Virus record (IMG/VR): IMGVR_UViG_3300032038_000283
Coordinates: 1 to 37,695 of that record
Length of the DNA: 37,695 nt
Source: a virus
Strand: one strand, 5' to 3'
The position numbers and the translations under genes are program-made. Positions within the stretch are counted from its first letter, which is position 1. Each line of letters opens with the position of its first letter. This document shows, in pieces, positions 16,223 through 25,051 of the stretch. Below the pieces are notes generated by a model. It was not told the origin of the DNA and ran no database searches. It worked only from the letters and a program-made list of their open reading frames with translations.

Positions 16223-17067
16223 CAAATTTACACCCTCGGTTTCCCGATATTTATTAGGGGTTTAGACTATATCTTTATCCAGCCTGAAAATCCAGCCTTT
16301 TTTATTCCCTTTTTTGTATTCCCAACCATATTTTATTCCTGATTTAGAACATTTAAAATATTTGGCTGCTTCATTTCGGGAATTGAAATGCAGTATTTCT
16401 GTTCCTTTAATAGCTGTGATTTTCTTCTTTTTGTTTTCAATCCTCTTTTGGTATCCATAGGATAAAGCGTTTTCGGATACCGTTACCCACCGCAAGTTTT
16501 CTACCCTATTATCAGTCTTATCCCCGTTTATATGGTCTATTTGTGGTAGGTTGTTTGGATTGTTCAGAAATGCTATTGCGACAATTCTATGCACATATAA
16601 TGGTGTTGTTTTTCTTCCTAACATCACTTGCATATATCCGCTTGTTCCGCAATGCAATTTCAATATTCGCCCTGTTTTGTCATTGCGAATATTTCCCTCA
16701 TTGCTTACGGAATAGTTCGGCTTGGCAATTATCTTTCTCCACTCCACATCAACACGCCCTTTCGATTTGTATATACTTATTATATTACAAATTCGTTCTG
16801 CTGTCAATGTATAGTTAGTTTTGTTTGCTGGATAGTGCGCACTTCCAATGCCGTATCAATAGGCATTGTACTGAGTAACAAACTCATAGTCGTTTGACCT
16901 TCCCTTTCGGGCTTGGCACAGGATAGCCATGTGCTTTCGCATTTAGGTTTCCCCTGTTAGCAAGAACATCTCATACCACCATTTCCTGTGGTCTTTTTAC
17001 TCTCACACCTCTGATAGAGTTCACGCACATTCACTGCACAATCACTTATGCAGCGGACATTAGATTT
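16223..17067 (-). mobile_element. group I self-splicing intron (IA-like core) carrying an HNH homing endonuclease ORF
   Basis: The 5' splice site follows U17068 and the intron ends in G16223. An R-like element GGUCAAACGACUAUGA lies at 16884-16899. An S-like element AAGAUAUAGUCU lies at 16264-16275. P7 is GACUAU/AUAGUC and P4 is ACAGG/CCUGU. There are two GAAA tetraloops. Confidence 0.8.
16262..16807 (-). CDS. HNH homing endonuclease (NUMOD4-like N-terminus, HNH_3 core, C-terminal DNA-binding helix)
   Basis: VEWRKIIAKPNYSVSNEGNIRND; QIDHINGDKTDNRVENLRWVTVSEN; NSRNEAAKYF. The start is uncertain: TTG at 16807 or an internal GTG. Confidence 0.85.
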   Translation of the reverse strand: MTAERICNIISIYKSKGRVDVEWRKIIAKPNYSVSNEGNIRNDKTGRILKLHCGTSGYMQVMLGRKTTPLYVHRIVAIAFLNNPNNLPQIDHINGDKTDNRVENLRWVTVSENALSYGYQKRIENKKKKITAIKGTEILHFNSRNEAAKYFKCSKSGIKYGWEYKKGNKKGWIFRLDKDIV

Positions 17068-17384
17068 ATCGTATAATTTTGTTTTGCAAAGCCTTGATAA
17101 GCCGTTTGGATTGAAGAAACATCCGTGCCGAGCTTATTGGCATTGTCCGACATGTCGCGGATAGCCATATCAGCCTTTTCAGCAGCCTTTTGAGTATCGC
17201 CGCCTAATGACTGCAACAAAGAAGCTGAGAATCCTGTGACCGTTTCCATGTACTCATTTGCCGACATTCCTGCTGTTTCATATGCCTTTGACGCATTTTT
17301 AATTACAGACTGAGAAGAATTTTTAAACAGAGTTTCTACACCGCCTGCAAGCTGTTCATAATCTGAATAGCCTTTGACTGACAT
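17068..17384 (-). CDS. tape measure protein, exon 1. The first ATG is at 17384, but the frame is open and TMP-like up to 17576.
   Basis: ...DVSSIQTAYQGFAKQNYT, then the intron. The unspliced ORF terminates at 17046. Confidence 0.8.
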
Positions 17385-17572
17385 TGTAGCAAGCGCACCT
17401 ACTGCGGTTGAAGCCGCCCCAATTCCAACGGCAACAGCCTTGCCGACTTTTGCAAAGCCTGCGCCGATTCGTGAGCCTATGTTTGAACCTGATTTTTCCG
17501 CTTCGTTGAGCCCTCGCTCATATTGAGATTTATCAAGCGATAATGTAGCAGCTAAATCAAATACTCCTATTT

Positions 17573-17884
17573 CTACTCACCTGCCTTTCCTCTTAACTTG
17601 TTTGTTATTCTCGTTATTATTTCTTTCGGATTTTCTTCTTTGACCTCTTTAAACAAATCAAAAAATCTGACGTTTAGTGACTTGCCGCCTGCGTAATTCG
17701 CAGTGTTTTCGGTCAAAGTCTTTAACCCATCCGTGAGATAGACTTTAAACGCCTTTTCCCTTTCGTATGCTTCTATATGCTGAGGGATGTAGTCATACCC
17801 GAACAAATCAAGCTTTTCAAGGTCAATGCTCGTTATCGCAAGCCCGTACTCTACTGCACCAAGCCGAGCAACGTGCCGAAAAAA
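17573..17884 (-). CDS. tail assembly chaperone, -1 frame extension (gpT-like part of the G-T fusion)
   Basis: The -1 frame is open from 17896 and overlaps the last 13 codons of the gpG-like ORF. There is no good independent start; the track uses TTG at 17806. Confidence 0.7.
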   Translation of the reverse strand, partial: FFRHVARLGAVEYGLAITSIDLEKLDLFGYDYIPQHIEAYEREKAFKVYLTDGLKTLTENTANYAGGKSLNVRFFDLFKEVKEENPKEIITRITNKLRGKAGE

Positions 17885-18240
17885 TCCATTATTTTCTTAT
17901 TTCCGAAGAGTTCCGCAGCTACCGCAATGAAATCTTCACCTTTCATCTGCTCCGCTTCTTCAAAGGTTTTAAAGCACATTAAGCCTACCATTTTGATTGT
18001 AGCGTCTGCGTTTTTTTCAAGGCAAGAATCAAGGATTTCACTAAAATTCTTTCTGCCCTGTTCCTTGAACATCTTTTCTTTTTCTTCCTCGGTTTCCTCG
18101 CCTGTAAGCGCAGGAACATGCTGCCGAATTTTAGAAATTTTCGTCAGTTCTAAAAATTCCGCAGCGTCCTTTCTTATTTTGTTTGTCTGCGCGAGGAATT
18201 CACGCAGAGAACAATTTGCAAGCGTTTTAATTTCAGCCAT
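17851..18240 (-). CDS. tail assembly chaperone (gpG-like)
   Basis: The start MAEIKT at 18240 follows GGAGGGTTGAT. The protein is acidic and lies between the major tail protein and the TMP. Confidence 0.75.
   Translation of the reverse strand: MAEIKTLANCSLREFLAQTNKIRKDAAEFLELTKISKIRQHVPALTGEETEEEKEKMFKEQGRKNFSEILDSCLEKNADATIKMVGLMCFKTFEEAEQMKGEDFIAVAAELFGNKKIMDFFGTLLGLVQ
17878..17884 (-). promoter_or_regulatory. -1 programmed ribosomal frameshift slippery heptamer U UUU UUC
   Basis: The zero frame reads GAU UUU UUC GGC near the end of the chaperone gene, in the canonical position between the major tail protein and the TMP. Confidence 0.7.
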
Positions 18241-18241
18241 A

Positions 18242-18802
18242 TCAACCCTCCGCGACGTAAAATTCCATCGGTACTGTATCAGTATCTTCAATACTGATGT
18301 GTCCTGTGAGTGTTACCGACAACTGACCTTTGCCCTTTTTAGTTGTCTGCAAAGACAAACCGCCTGTCGAAAGAGCATTAATAAGCTTTATTGCAATCAT
18401 GCCGCCGTCGGTGCGGTCACCTACCCACCAAATATTACTAAAATCTGCAAGGTGAAGCTTAGAACGGGGAGTAACCCTTGTGGTATCAGTCGTTCCGATG
18501 TCAGCCGCGCCAAGAGCCATTTTGATAACACTGGTTGTTACATTTAAAGCTGTAAACGCAAATGTACACTCGTAGCCGTCAAGTCTTTTAAGCTCCTTTG
18601 TGTTGTTTGGGACGTTGTCAATATCTTCGCCAAAATCAGTATAAGACGGCACACAATCCGCTTTGATTCCTCCGCTTGTTGCGCAGATAATATCATCATC
18701 ATCAATTGCGGCGGTTGACGCAGGGTCAAAACTGCTTAACAAAATACCAGCTTCAACTTGAAGCTGGTTAAAAATTTCAGGATTAACTTTATTAAATTTC
18801 AT
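18242..18802 (-). CDS. major tail protein
   Basis: 186 aa, AAGGAG SD, and a position upstream of the chaperones. Confidence 0.75.
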   Translation of the reverse strand: MKFNKVNPEIFNQLQVEAGILLSSFDPASTAAIDDDDIICATSGGIKADCVPSYTDFGEDIDNVPNNTKELKRLDGYECTFAFTALNVTTSVIKMALGAADIGTTDTTRVTPRSKLHLADFSNIWWVGDRTDGGMIAIKLINALSTGGLSLQTTKKGKGQLSVTLTGHISIEDTDTVPMEFYVAEG

Positions 18803-18812
18803 ATTTCGCTCC

Positions 18813-19175
18813 TTAAATCAAGGTCATGTATTCAACCTGTAGGTTGATGTATATTCTTCTTACGCTATCGTCGGTATCGGATAACCGTTGCATAAAGGGC
18901 GTTCCTCTTGTGATATAGATATACCCTTCATCTGTTTTCAGGATTATTCCGTTTCCAATGTCCTCTGCTATTTCGGCGGCTTTCCCTGATACTCCTAACC
19001 ATGATGTAGATTTGTACCAAACCGACGCGCTGAGCATTACAACGTTGTCGAGATTATCCCCCGCATATTCATAGGTGATATACGGCATTTGAGCGTCATT
19101 TGGTACGGTATACATATCATATGCAGGAATGCCGAAGGAGTTCCAAAAGCTGTTGATTGTTTGTGCTTTATTCAT
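18813..19175 (-). CDS. putative tail-completion / neck protein
   Basis: The start MNKAQT at 19175 overlaps the upstream stop. The call is by position only. Confidence 0.45.
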   Translation of the reverse strand: MNKAQTINSFWNSFGIPAYDMYTVPNDAQMPYITYEYAGDNLDNVVMLSASVWYKSTSWLGVSGKAAEIAEDIGNGIILKTDEGYIYITRGTPFMQRLSDTDDSVRRIYINLQVEYMTLI

Positions 19176-19533
19176 TCGGTATGCTCCATTCCTCTGCCGC
19201 TGCCAATCGCATATTAAGGCTTGCACTGTCAGGAGTAAAACTATCATCACCGTCAGAAGTTACGCGGAAAATCTTGCCGTCCCGTTCACGTCTCAAAACA
19301 TCGTGATATTGTAACACAAAGCTTCTGCCTGTTATGATCGTGTATAGACTTGTCACACCTTGCTTTTCGGCAGCTCTTGCTTCTATGCTTGAATCAAATC
19401 TAATCGCCGCAGAAAACTCAGCACCTTCGGTATATGTTGTTATGTAACCGCCATATCCGTCATTGGCTGTTTGCTTATTAAGCAATACACAATCTTCCAT
19501 TGATTCAGTTAGTAAGCTCGTAACTTTCGCCAC
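19168..19533 (-). CDS. head closure / head-tail joining protein (SPP1 gp16-like)
   Basis: Size, position and the ...IRFDSSIEARAAEKQGV...IFRVTS pattern. Confidence 0.55.
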   Translation of the reverse strand: MAKVTSLLTESMEDCVLLNKQTANDGYGGYITTYTEGAEFSAAIRFDSSIEARAAEKQGVTSLYTIITGRSFVLQYHDVLRRERDGKIFRVTSDGDDSFTPDSASLNMRLAAAEEWSIPNE

Positions 19534-19946
19534 CTATCTAATGTTTTGTGGAAATGCGATTGCCAGTTCGCGTTCTCGCCTTCATCTCCGCTCTTTTTAG
19601 TATAGCTATAGCCGCCGAAGCTTTCGGACTGGTAAGGCGAATTTAACGCGGACTGGTTTTCTTCAAGCCATTGATTAATTTCCTCCATCTTTGCTATGAC
19701 GGCAGAGGGAACCGCCATAGCCCAGACAGACCCGTTGAATGTTTCATCAACTAAGGTTTCATTAGGAGGAAATGGGTATGTATATACGCCGTCATTGAAA
19801 ACACTGCCGACTATTCTTATGTACTGCCCTTCGTGCACATTGTAATTACTTAAATCTATGCTGTTGTTAGAAATTTCAAACTCACCGTAAATTCTTAGGA
19901 CGTCAAAATAATTGTTCAATTCGCCGCAAAGGTCAGTTAAAGTCAT
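19509..19946 (-). CDS. head-tail connector (gp15/gp6-like)
   Basis: The SESFGGYSYTK motif and a position after the capsid gene. Confidence 0.55.
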   Translation of the reverse strand: MTLTDLCGELNNYFDVLRIYGEFEISNNSIDLSNYNVHEGQYIRIVGSVFNDGVYTYPFPPNETLVDETFNGSVWAMAVPSAVIAKMEEINQWLEENQSALNSPYQSESFGGYSYTKKSGDEGENANWQSHFHKTLDRWRKLRAY

Positions 19947-19947
19947 T

Positions 19948-20136
19948 TTATCCCTCTTTGTTTTTTCTCTCAGCTTTAATTAACGGCTTACCGATTTTAT
20001 TCTTTGCCGTTTTTAGTTCGTCTATTCGCTCCTTGTCAGCGTGTACACCATGCCTCGGATAAGTATCACCGACATTGTAGATGTGTTCGTTATCTTGCAG
20101 GTCTTTAAACGGGTAGATAACTTTATATATCCACAT
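19948..20136 (-). CDS. hypothetical small protein after the capsid gene
   Basis: TAATG coupling to the capsid stop. Confidence 0.5.
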   Translation of the reverse strand: MWIYKVIYPFKDLQDNEHIYNVGDTYPRHGVHADKERIDELKTAKNKIGKPLIKAERKNKEG

Positions 20137-21047
20137 TATGCGCCACCGGGAGTGGCTGCAGCAGATGTAATAGTACCCTTTACGACGCCGCCTGCGTACT
20201 CAACAAGGAACTGCACGCCGCTCATTACAAGGCTTTCGAGCTGCGCTCTCGCTTCGTTCTGATAACCGCTCTTGATACCGATGTAGCCGGTTTCGTCGGC
20301 TGTCAGCTCAAATGAATTAGCAATATCGCCGTTCATTGTGAGATAATAAAGAATGAGGTTTTCTTTTGCTGTCGCAATGTATGTACCCTGAGTTACCTGT
20401 GAGGACAGAATAACAGTACCGAGTCCGAGGAAGTTCTCAATGTAATTCAGGCCGAAGGCTGTCTGTACTGAAATCTGTGCTGTACCGAGGTAATCGGAAA
20501 TATCAAGCGGATTTACAAAATAGACAGTTTCTGCGGTATCGTCCTCAAATGCTACCTGCAGCTTGCCCCAGCCGTTAGCAAGAGCCGCCTGCAAGCCTAC
20601 GCCTGTTGCTGTAATTGCGCCTGTGATTGAACCATTCAAGAATGTAAACAGGTTGGTTCTGATACCTGCCTGCACCTTCTTTAAAAGCGCCGCGTCGGTT
20701 TCAACAAGAGCCTCCTGCAAACCTGATTTCTTGATTGCTTCGGCTGATACTGCTTTTCTCCATTTGCTGATTGTGATTTCGCCCACAGGTGTTTTCACTC
20801 TTTCAAACGCCGAAAGAGGAATAATTTCGCCTTCAGGAACATTGCCGGGCTGGAGCGTTCCCGTTGTGGTGTACACATACATGGTTGTACCTTCCATCAT
20901 CGGGATTTTTCGGGTTACGCCGAGTACCTCAACCAGCTTTTCAAGGCTGCCGTGAGTAAACTGGTTTACAAAATCAATTTCTCTAATTTTCTTCATTTTT
21001 GCCGCTGTAACAAGATTTGTTTCAGCAGTCGTTACAACATTTGCCAT
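20136..21047 (-). CDS. major capsid protein (HK97 fold, SPP1 gp13-like)
   Basis: 303 aa following the scaffold gene, with an AAAGGAG SD. Confidence 0.85.
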   Translation of the reverse strand: MANVVTTAETNLVTAAKMKKIREIDFVNQFTHGSLEKLVEVLGVTRKIPMMEGTTMYVYTTTGTLQPGNVPEGEIIPLSAFERVKTPVGEITISKWRKAVSAEAIKKSGLQEALVETDAALLKKVQAGIRTNLFTFLNGSITGAITATGVGLQAALANGWGKLQVAFEDDTAETVYFVNPLDISDYLGTAQISVQTAFGLNYIENFLGLGTVILSSQVTQGTYIATAKENLILYYLTMNGDIANSFELTADETGYIGIKSGYQNEARAQLESLVMSGVQFLVEYAGGVVKGTITSAAATPGGA

Positions 21048-21062
21048 AAATTCTCCTTTTCG

Positions 21063-21659
21063 TTACTTAATGCCGAAAAGCTCCGAATTCTCATACATAG
21101 CCTTTTGCCGTGCTGTCGGGTCTTTGATTTTCATAATATCATCTTTACTGAGTTTAGACCCTTCGGTTGCAGGAGGTGTAGCTGTTTTAGCTCCTTGCTG
21201 ACCCTCTGCTACAATGAAATCAGCCCATTCTTTCTTTATGGACTCTTTCAGCTTATCGACATCTTTGATTTTTCCATCTTCGTCGAGTTCAATCTTATCA
21301 AGCTCTGATTGTGAAGCTTTCAAAATTGAATCAACGTGACTTGCGTTAAGCTCTTTAAGTACCTGCTTATACGCTTTTGACTTTGACCGTGCAAGCTCTT
21401 TCGCTTCGACGCCTTTTTTATAGTCGTCAAACTCTTTGGCTTTTTTCTCATACTTTTCCTTGTACGGGTCTTCTCCGCTTTGGCTTGCCTTTAAATCGTC
21501 AAGCTCTTTTTGTACCGCAGGGAGCTTGTCTGCGTCTGCTTTGTAGCCGTCCCTCTGTTCCTTAAGGGCATTTACTGTGTCTGCGTGAGCTGAGATTATT
21601 TCGTCAATCTTTGCTTCTTCAATTCCTAACGCTGACAGAAATTTCCTTGTTAATGCCAT
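21063..21659 (-). CDS. capsid scaffolding protein
   Basis: Highly charged helical K/E/D-rich 198 aa protein directly upstream of the capsid gene. Confidence 0.8.
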   Translation of the reverse strand: MALTRKFLSALGIEEAKIDEIISAHADTVNALKEQRDGYKADADKLPAVQKELDDLKASQSGEDPYKEKYEKKAKEFDDYKKGVEAKELARSKSKAYKQVLKELNASHVDSILKASQSELDKIELDEDGKIKDVDKLKESIKKEWADFIVAEGQQGAKTATPPATEGSKLSKDDIMKIKDPTARQKAMYENSELFGIK

Positions 21660-21720
21660 TTCTTTGACCTCATTTCTTCAAGATTCTTTATGAATTTTAT
21701 TCGGAAATTCTTATAATTTT

Positions 21721-21749
21721 ATTATAGTCATTCGTATAATCTTTGTCAA
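21721..21749 (-). promoter_or_regulatory. consensus promoter TTGACA-17-TATAAT for the scaffold-capsid-tail-lysis unit
   Basis: The minus strand reads TTGACA aagattatacgaatgac TATAAT. Confidence 0.75.
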
Positions 21750-21757
21750 TAGGCTTT

Positions 21758-21784
21758 AAAAAAGAGGGCTGATTTAGCCCTCTT
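21758..21784 (-). terminator. rho-independent terminator after the gp10-like gene
   Basis: Minus-strand AAGAGGGC-uaaauca-GCCCUCUU is followed by UUUU. It overlaps the stop codon at 21774. Confidence 0.75.
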
Positions 21785-22097
21785 TTAATGTTGATTTTAC
21801 TATTTTCTTATATTCGTCAATGTGGTCTGTTACCGCAGGTTTTAAGTACGGCTGAGCTTTCTGCTTGCTTGTGCCAAATTCTACATACGGCGCGTATTCT
21901 ACATTAGTACCGATATATTCAGTATCTCCGCTTTGCGTATGTGAAATAGAGTTTCTTAACCGTCCCGTGTCAACAGGGCAATATTTTTTCGCGTGTGTTT
22001 CAGCCCGAAGCCCTATCTTTTCAAGCACAATTTCAACCTTTGAATCAAGCTCGTCTAATACTTCATCTTTATGGCTCGTCATTTTAAAGTTTTTCAT
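21774..22097 (-). CDS. HK97 gp10-family head-tail protein
   Basis: PVDTGRLRNSISH...VEYAPYVEFGTSKQKAQPYLKPA. Confidence 0.8.
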   Translation of the reverse strand: MKNFKMTSHKDEVLDELDSKVEIVLEKIGLRAETHAKKYCPVDTGRLRNSISHTQSGDTEYIGTNVEYAPYVEFGTSKQKAQPYLKPAVTDHIDEYKKIVKSTLKEG

Positions 22098-23080
22098 GAT
22101 TTCACCTTGCTTTTTTGCTTGTGTTCATTTTTCCATTCATTGTATGATTGATTATCAAGTTTGTTTGCTCTTTCTTTTACGTCTGTAAAATCTTCGTTTT
22201 CATCAAAACTTGTCACAAGTGTGCAGCGGCAATTCCACACCTCCTCGGCTCTGCCGTCAGGGTCACCAGGATAACGCAAACCGTTTGAAAATTTAACCTG
22301 TTTGCCCTTGATTACTTTGACTTTTTCACCGTCCATATGCCTGTGGCTGCTTCGTGTTCTGCTATCAAGCGCCGCAAGCCATACTTGATATAATTCTATG
22401 CCCATATTTACGGCTCGCTGATAACTTTGCGTTCGCCCTGCGTTTTGTGCGCAAGTCGTCGAGGTCCTTGCATTGCGGATCGCGGCATTCATATCTTGCT
22501 GTGTAGCCCCAAGCGCAACCCTTTTCGCTAAATTATCAATGCTTTCGCCTTGCAAGATTCCTTGCGTTATGTGCGATTGGAACAGCTTTTTGTTCCACCG
22601 CTTATCAAGGTTTTTGTCAAGCGACGGGCGCTTTAAAATATCAGGGTCGTTTTTTATTAGATTGGCAACTGTATCTCGGTCATAAAGCGTATATGACGTG
22701 TTAATGCTTAATCCGGTCTCAATCTCAAACGTCCCGTAATTGTGATTAATGGCAAAGGTATGAAGCATTGAATCCCTGACTAAATCATTTGCCATTACAT
22801 TAACGTTTGTTAAATCTTCGGAAAGAGTATCACGCATAGCCTCCCAACGTTTGGCGTTCATTACTTTGCCTTGATACCATTTTTTAAACCTTTCTTCGGT
22901 TATCTCTCCGCTATCAAGTTTTTTTCGCCATTCCTTTTCTTGAACTTTAAATTTCTTTAGATAATCGTCAAGTTTTTTTTGGATTTCGTCCCGTGCCTGT
23001 TTATACGTTTTTTCCAGTTCCGCTTCAAGGCGCTTTAATTCTGCCTCAGTTTCAAGCTGTCCTGCATTCACGGTTATCAC
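22094..23080 (-). CDS. head morphogenesis protein (SPP1 gp7 / Mu F-like)
   Basis: DSRTRSSHRHMDGEKV...VWNCRCTLV. Confidence 0.85.
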   Translation of the reverse strand: MITVNAGQLETEAELKRLEAELEKTYKQARDEIQKKLDDYLKKFKVQEKEWRKKLDSGEITEERFKKWYQGKVMNAKRWEAMRDTLSEDLTNVNVMANDLVRDSMLHTFAINHNYGTFEIETGLSINTSYTLYDRDTVANLIKNDPDILKRPSLDKNLDKRWNKKLFQSHITQGILQGESIDNLAKRVALGATQQDMNAAIRNARTSTTCAQNAGRTQSYQRAVNMGIELYQVWLAALDSRTRSSHRHMDGEKVKVIKGKQVKFSNGLRYPGDPDGRAEEVWNCRCTLVTSFDENEDFTDVKERANKLDNQSYNEWKNEHKQKSKVKS

Positions 23081-24450
23081 TCCTCAGTAGTTGAGGTATC
23101 ATCATTCTTAAAGCGTTTTGCTTCATCTTCGGTCATTTTGTCGAGCACGGCGGAAACTCTATCGCCGTCGCCTAAAATTGTCATTATCTTCTCCGTCACG
23201 TAATCTTCACTGAGATATGTTGCGGCTGATACAATCGTCTGTATTTCCTCGGTTGTGTTCACGAGCTTAGACCGTGTAAAAGTAGCTGTATTTTCCGCCT
23301 GAGCGATTTTTAGGAGCTTATCAATAAAAGATAACACCTGATACTCTAACTGGTCGCAGAGGGACTCTAGAGGCTCGTATGCGGCTTTTATTTGCGTTGC
23401 CGTGATACTGCCGTTAGCTATGTTCGTTATATCAAGAGCCTGAGCGTCTCTGAACAAGTCTTTTTCAAGCCTGTTCAGCAATGCTTCTCTGCTTGAATAC
23501 GGTACTTCTACTGTATGGCTCTCAGCCTTTGCGCCATCGTCACATACATACGCCTTTACCGTTTTCATACGCTCCACAAACTGCGCAAGGTCTACATCAT
23601 CCATACCGCCCGCATTTTGGATTGTCCAGTAGATTTGAGAAGCGTCGTCAACGTCATTTGCAAAGCCTGATTTGATTAAATCATAGCAGTCAATCTGTTC
23701 TCGGAGCCCTACAAGTCTGCTTTGCTTGTATTCGTTGCCATACATCGGGATAATGGGAAAGCTTTCATAATTTTCGCCGTCATAGATTCTCAGCCCGTCT
23801 ACCTGCGACATTTTGTATTTAAGCTTGTATGCTCTTTTTTCCTGCAAGACTTTCGCCTGTGCGGTATCGCTTTTGTTATTCCAGATATAGTCCGTAAAGC
23901 CGTCAATCTCATACAGTGTAGCCCTGAGCGGCTTGTTCGGCGATACTTGCCAGAACCTTATACCAGCCATTAAAGCGCCGTTTTCTTCATCATACAACGG
24001 CACAAATTCTGTTGCTTTAAACACTTCCACATGGTCAAGATTGAAGAAGCCATAACCCACGCCGCCGACAAGTGCTGCTTTTGTTAGCTCTACAAGTTTG
24101 TGGTCAAAATCATTGCCTATTTTGCTTTCGACGTTTTCATTTTCCCAGCTTACGCCATTACCGAGTAGGAGCTGTATTTCCTGTTCAATAAATGTGTGGA
24201 AAAAGTTTGATTTAATCTTGAAGTTAGCGGAGAAATTATCCGGAACCGCTCTGCCGGATATCGTGTACAGCAGCTTTTGGAACTGTTCAATAGTCGCGTT
24301 TTTGAACTTGTCATACCTTTCAGCTGTTGCGGCTGTTCTATACCCGTCTGAGCTTTTGTACTCCGATATACAACCTCTTACAAACTGCATTCTGTTCGTT
24401 TCATTTTCGCCAATCTGCTTTAAATCCTGGTACGTTTTAATCGGAATCAC
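23077..24450 (-). CDS. portal protein (SPP1 gp6-like)
   Basis: 457 aa. The GTG start overlaps the GIY-YIG stop. The position is after the terminase genes. Confidence 0.85.
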   Translation of the reverse strand: MIPIKTYQDLKQIGENETNRMQFVRGCISEYKSSDGYRTAATAERYDKFKNATIEQFQKLLYTISGRAVPDNFSANFKIKSNFFHTFIEQEIQLLLGNGVSWENENVESKIGNDFDHKLVELTKAALVGGVGYGFFNLDHVEVFKATEFVPLYDEENGALMAGIRFWQVSPNKPLRATLYEIDGFTDYIWNNKSDTAQAKVLQEKRAYKLKYKMSQVDGLRIYDGENYESFPIIPMYGNEYKQSRLVGLREQIDCYDLIKSGFANDVDDASQIYWTIQNAGGMDDVDLAQFVERMKTVKAYVCDDGAKAESHTVEVPYSSREALLNRLEKDLFRDAQALDITNIANGSITATQIKAAYEPLESLCDQLEYQVLSFIDKLLKIAQAENTATFTRSKLVNTTEEIQTIVSAATYLSEDYVTEKIMTILGDGDRVSAVLDKMTEDEAKRFKNDDTSTTEE

Positions 24451-25031
24451 ATCCTTTCATATTTCCAGATAAAACCTCCTGCGGTTTTTCTGTTTCCGTT
24501 GCAAACTTGTCCAATATTTCCTTTGCTAATTTTTAATTCTTTTGCCGCAAGGCTCATGTATTCCCATTCTTTTATGAACTCGCCATCTTTTGTGTATTGA
24601 AACACTTTTTTTGCAAAATGATGTCTTACACCTTGTTTTGATTCGCTTATATGCTTTTTATGTGTTTCGGTAAATCCATTCTTTTTTCGTGCTTTGCTTA
24701 TTTTTTCTTTTGATTCTTTCGTGTGATGTTTTTTATACATTCCACCACCATCTCCACCAAGCGTTTCATTATACCCCTTTTGCGGATTTGTTGAATCATA
24801 CGCTTTTATCAACAAGCGTTCCAATTCGCAAGCATCTTTTCTCGATAAACATTTTGCAATTATTAAATGTTCAAAAGAATCCCATCCGTATTTTTTAATT
24901 GCTCTTCCAAAATGTTGTGCTCGATATGTGCTACCTCTGCCCCATCTGTCTTTTACATTTTGACAAGTTATTCCTATGTAAACTTTTCCGTTTATTTTAT
25001 TTGTGTGTTTGTAAACCGTATATTGTTTCAT
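24447..25031 (-). CDS. free-standing GIY-YIG homing endonuclease (I-TevI-like, NUMOD3/IENR1-type DNA-binding repeats)
   Basis: YTVYKHTNKINGKVYIGIT...R...H. The repeats are HTKESKEKIS, THKKHISESK and AAKELKISKGNIGQVCNG. The start at 25031 follows GGAGG. Confidence 0.85.
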   Translation of the reverse strand: MKQYTVYKHTNKINGKVYIGITCQNVKDRWGRGSTYRAQHFGRAIKKYGWDSFEHLIIAKCLSRKDACELERLLIKAYDSTNPQKGYNETLGGDGGGMYKKHHTKESKEKISKARKKNGFTETHKKHISESKQGVRHHFAKKVFQYTKDGEFIKEWEYMSLAAKELKISKGNIGQVCNGNRKTAGGFIWKYERM

Positions 25032-25051
25032 TGCGTTTTTCCTCCACACTT

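Noticed and set aside
16543-16897. Plus-strand ORFs (91 and 89 aa) inside the intron region.
   Set aside because: They are antisense to the HNH endonuclease gene and intron core. They have no SD and a hydrophobic junk composition.
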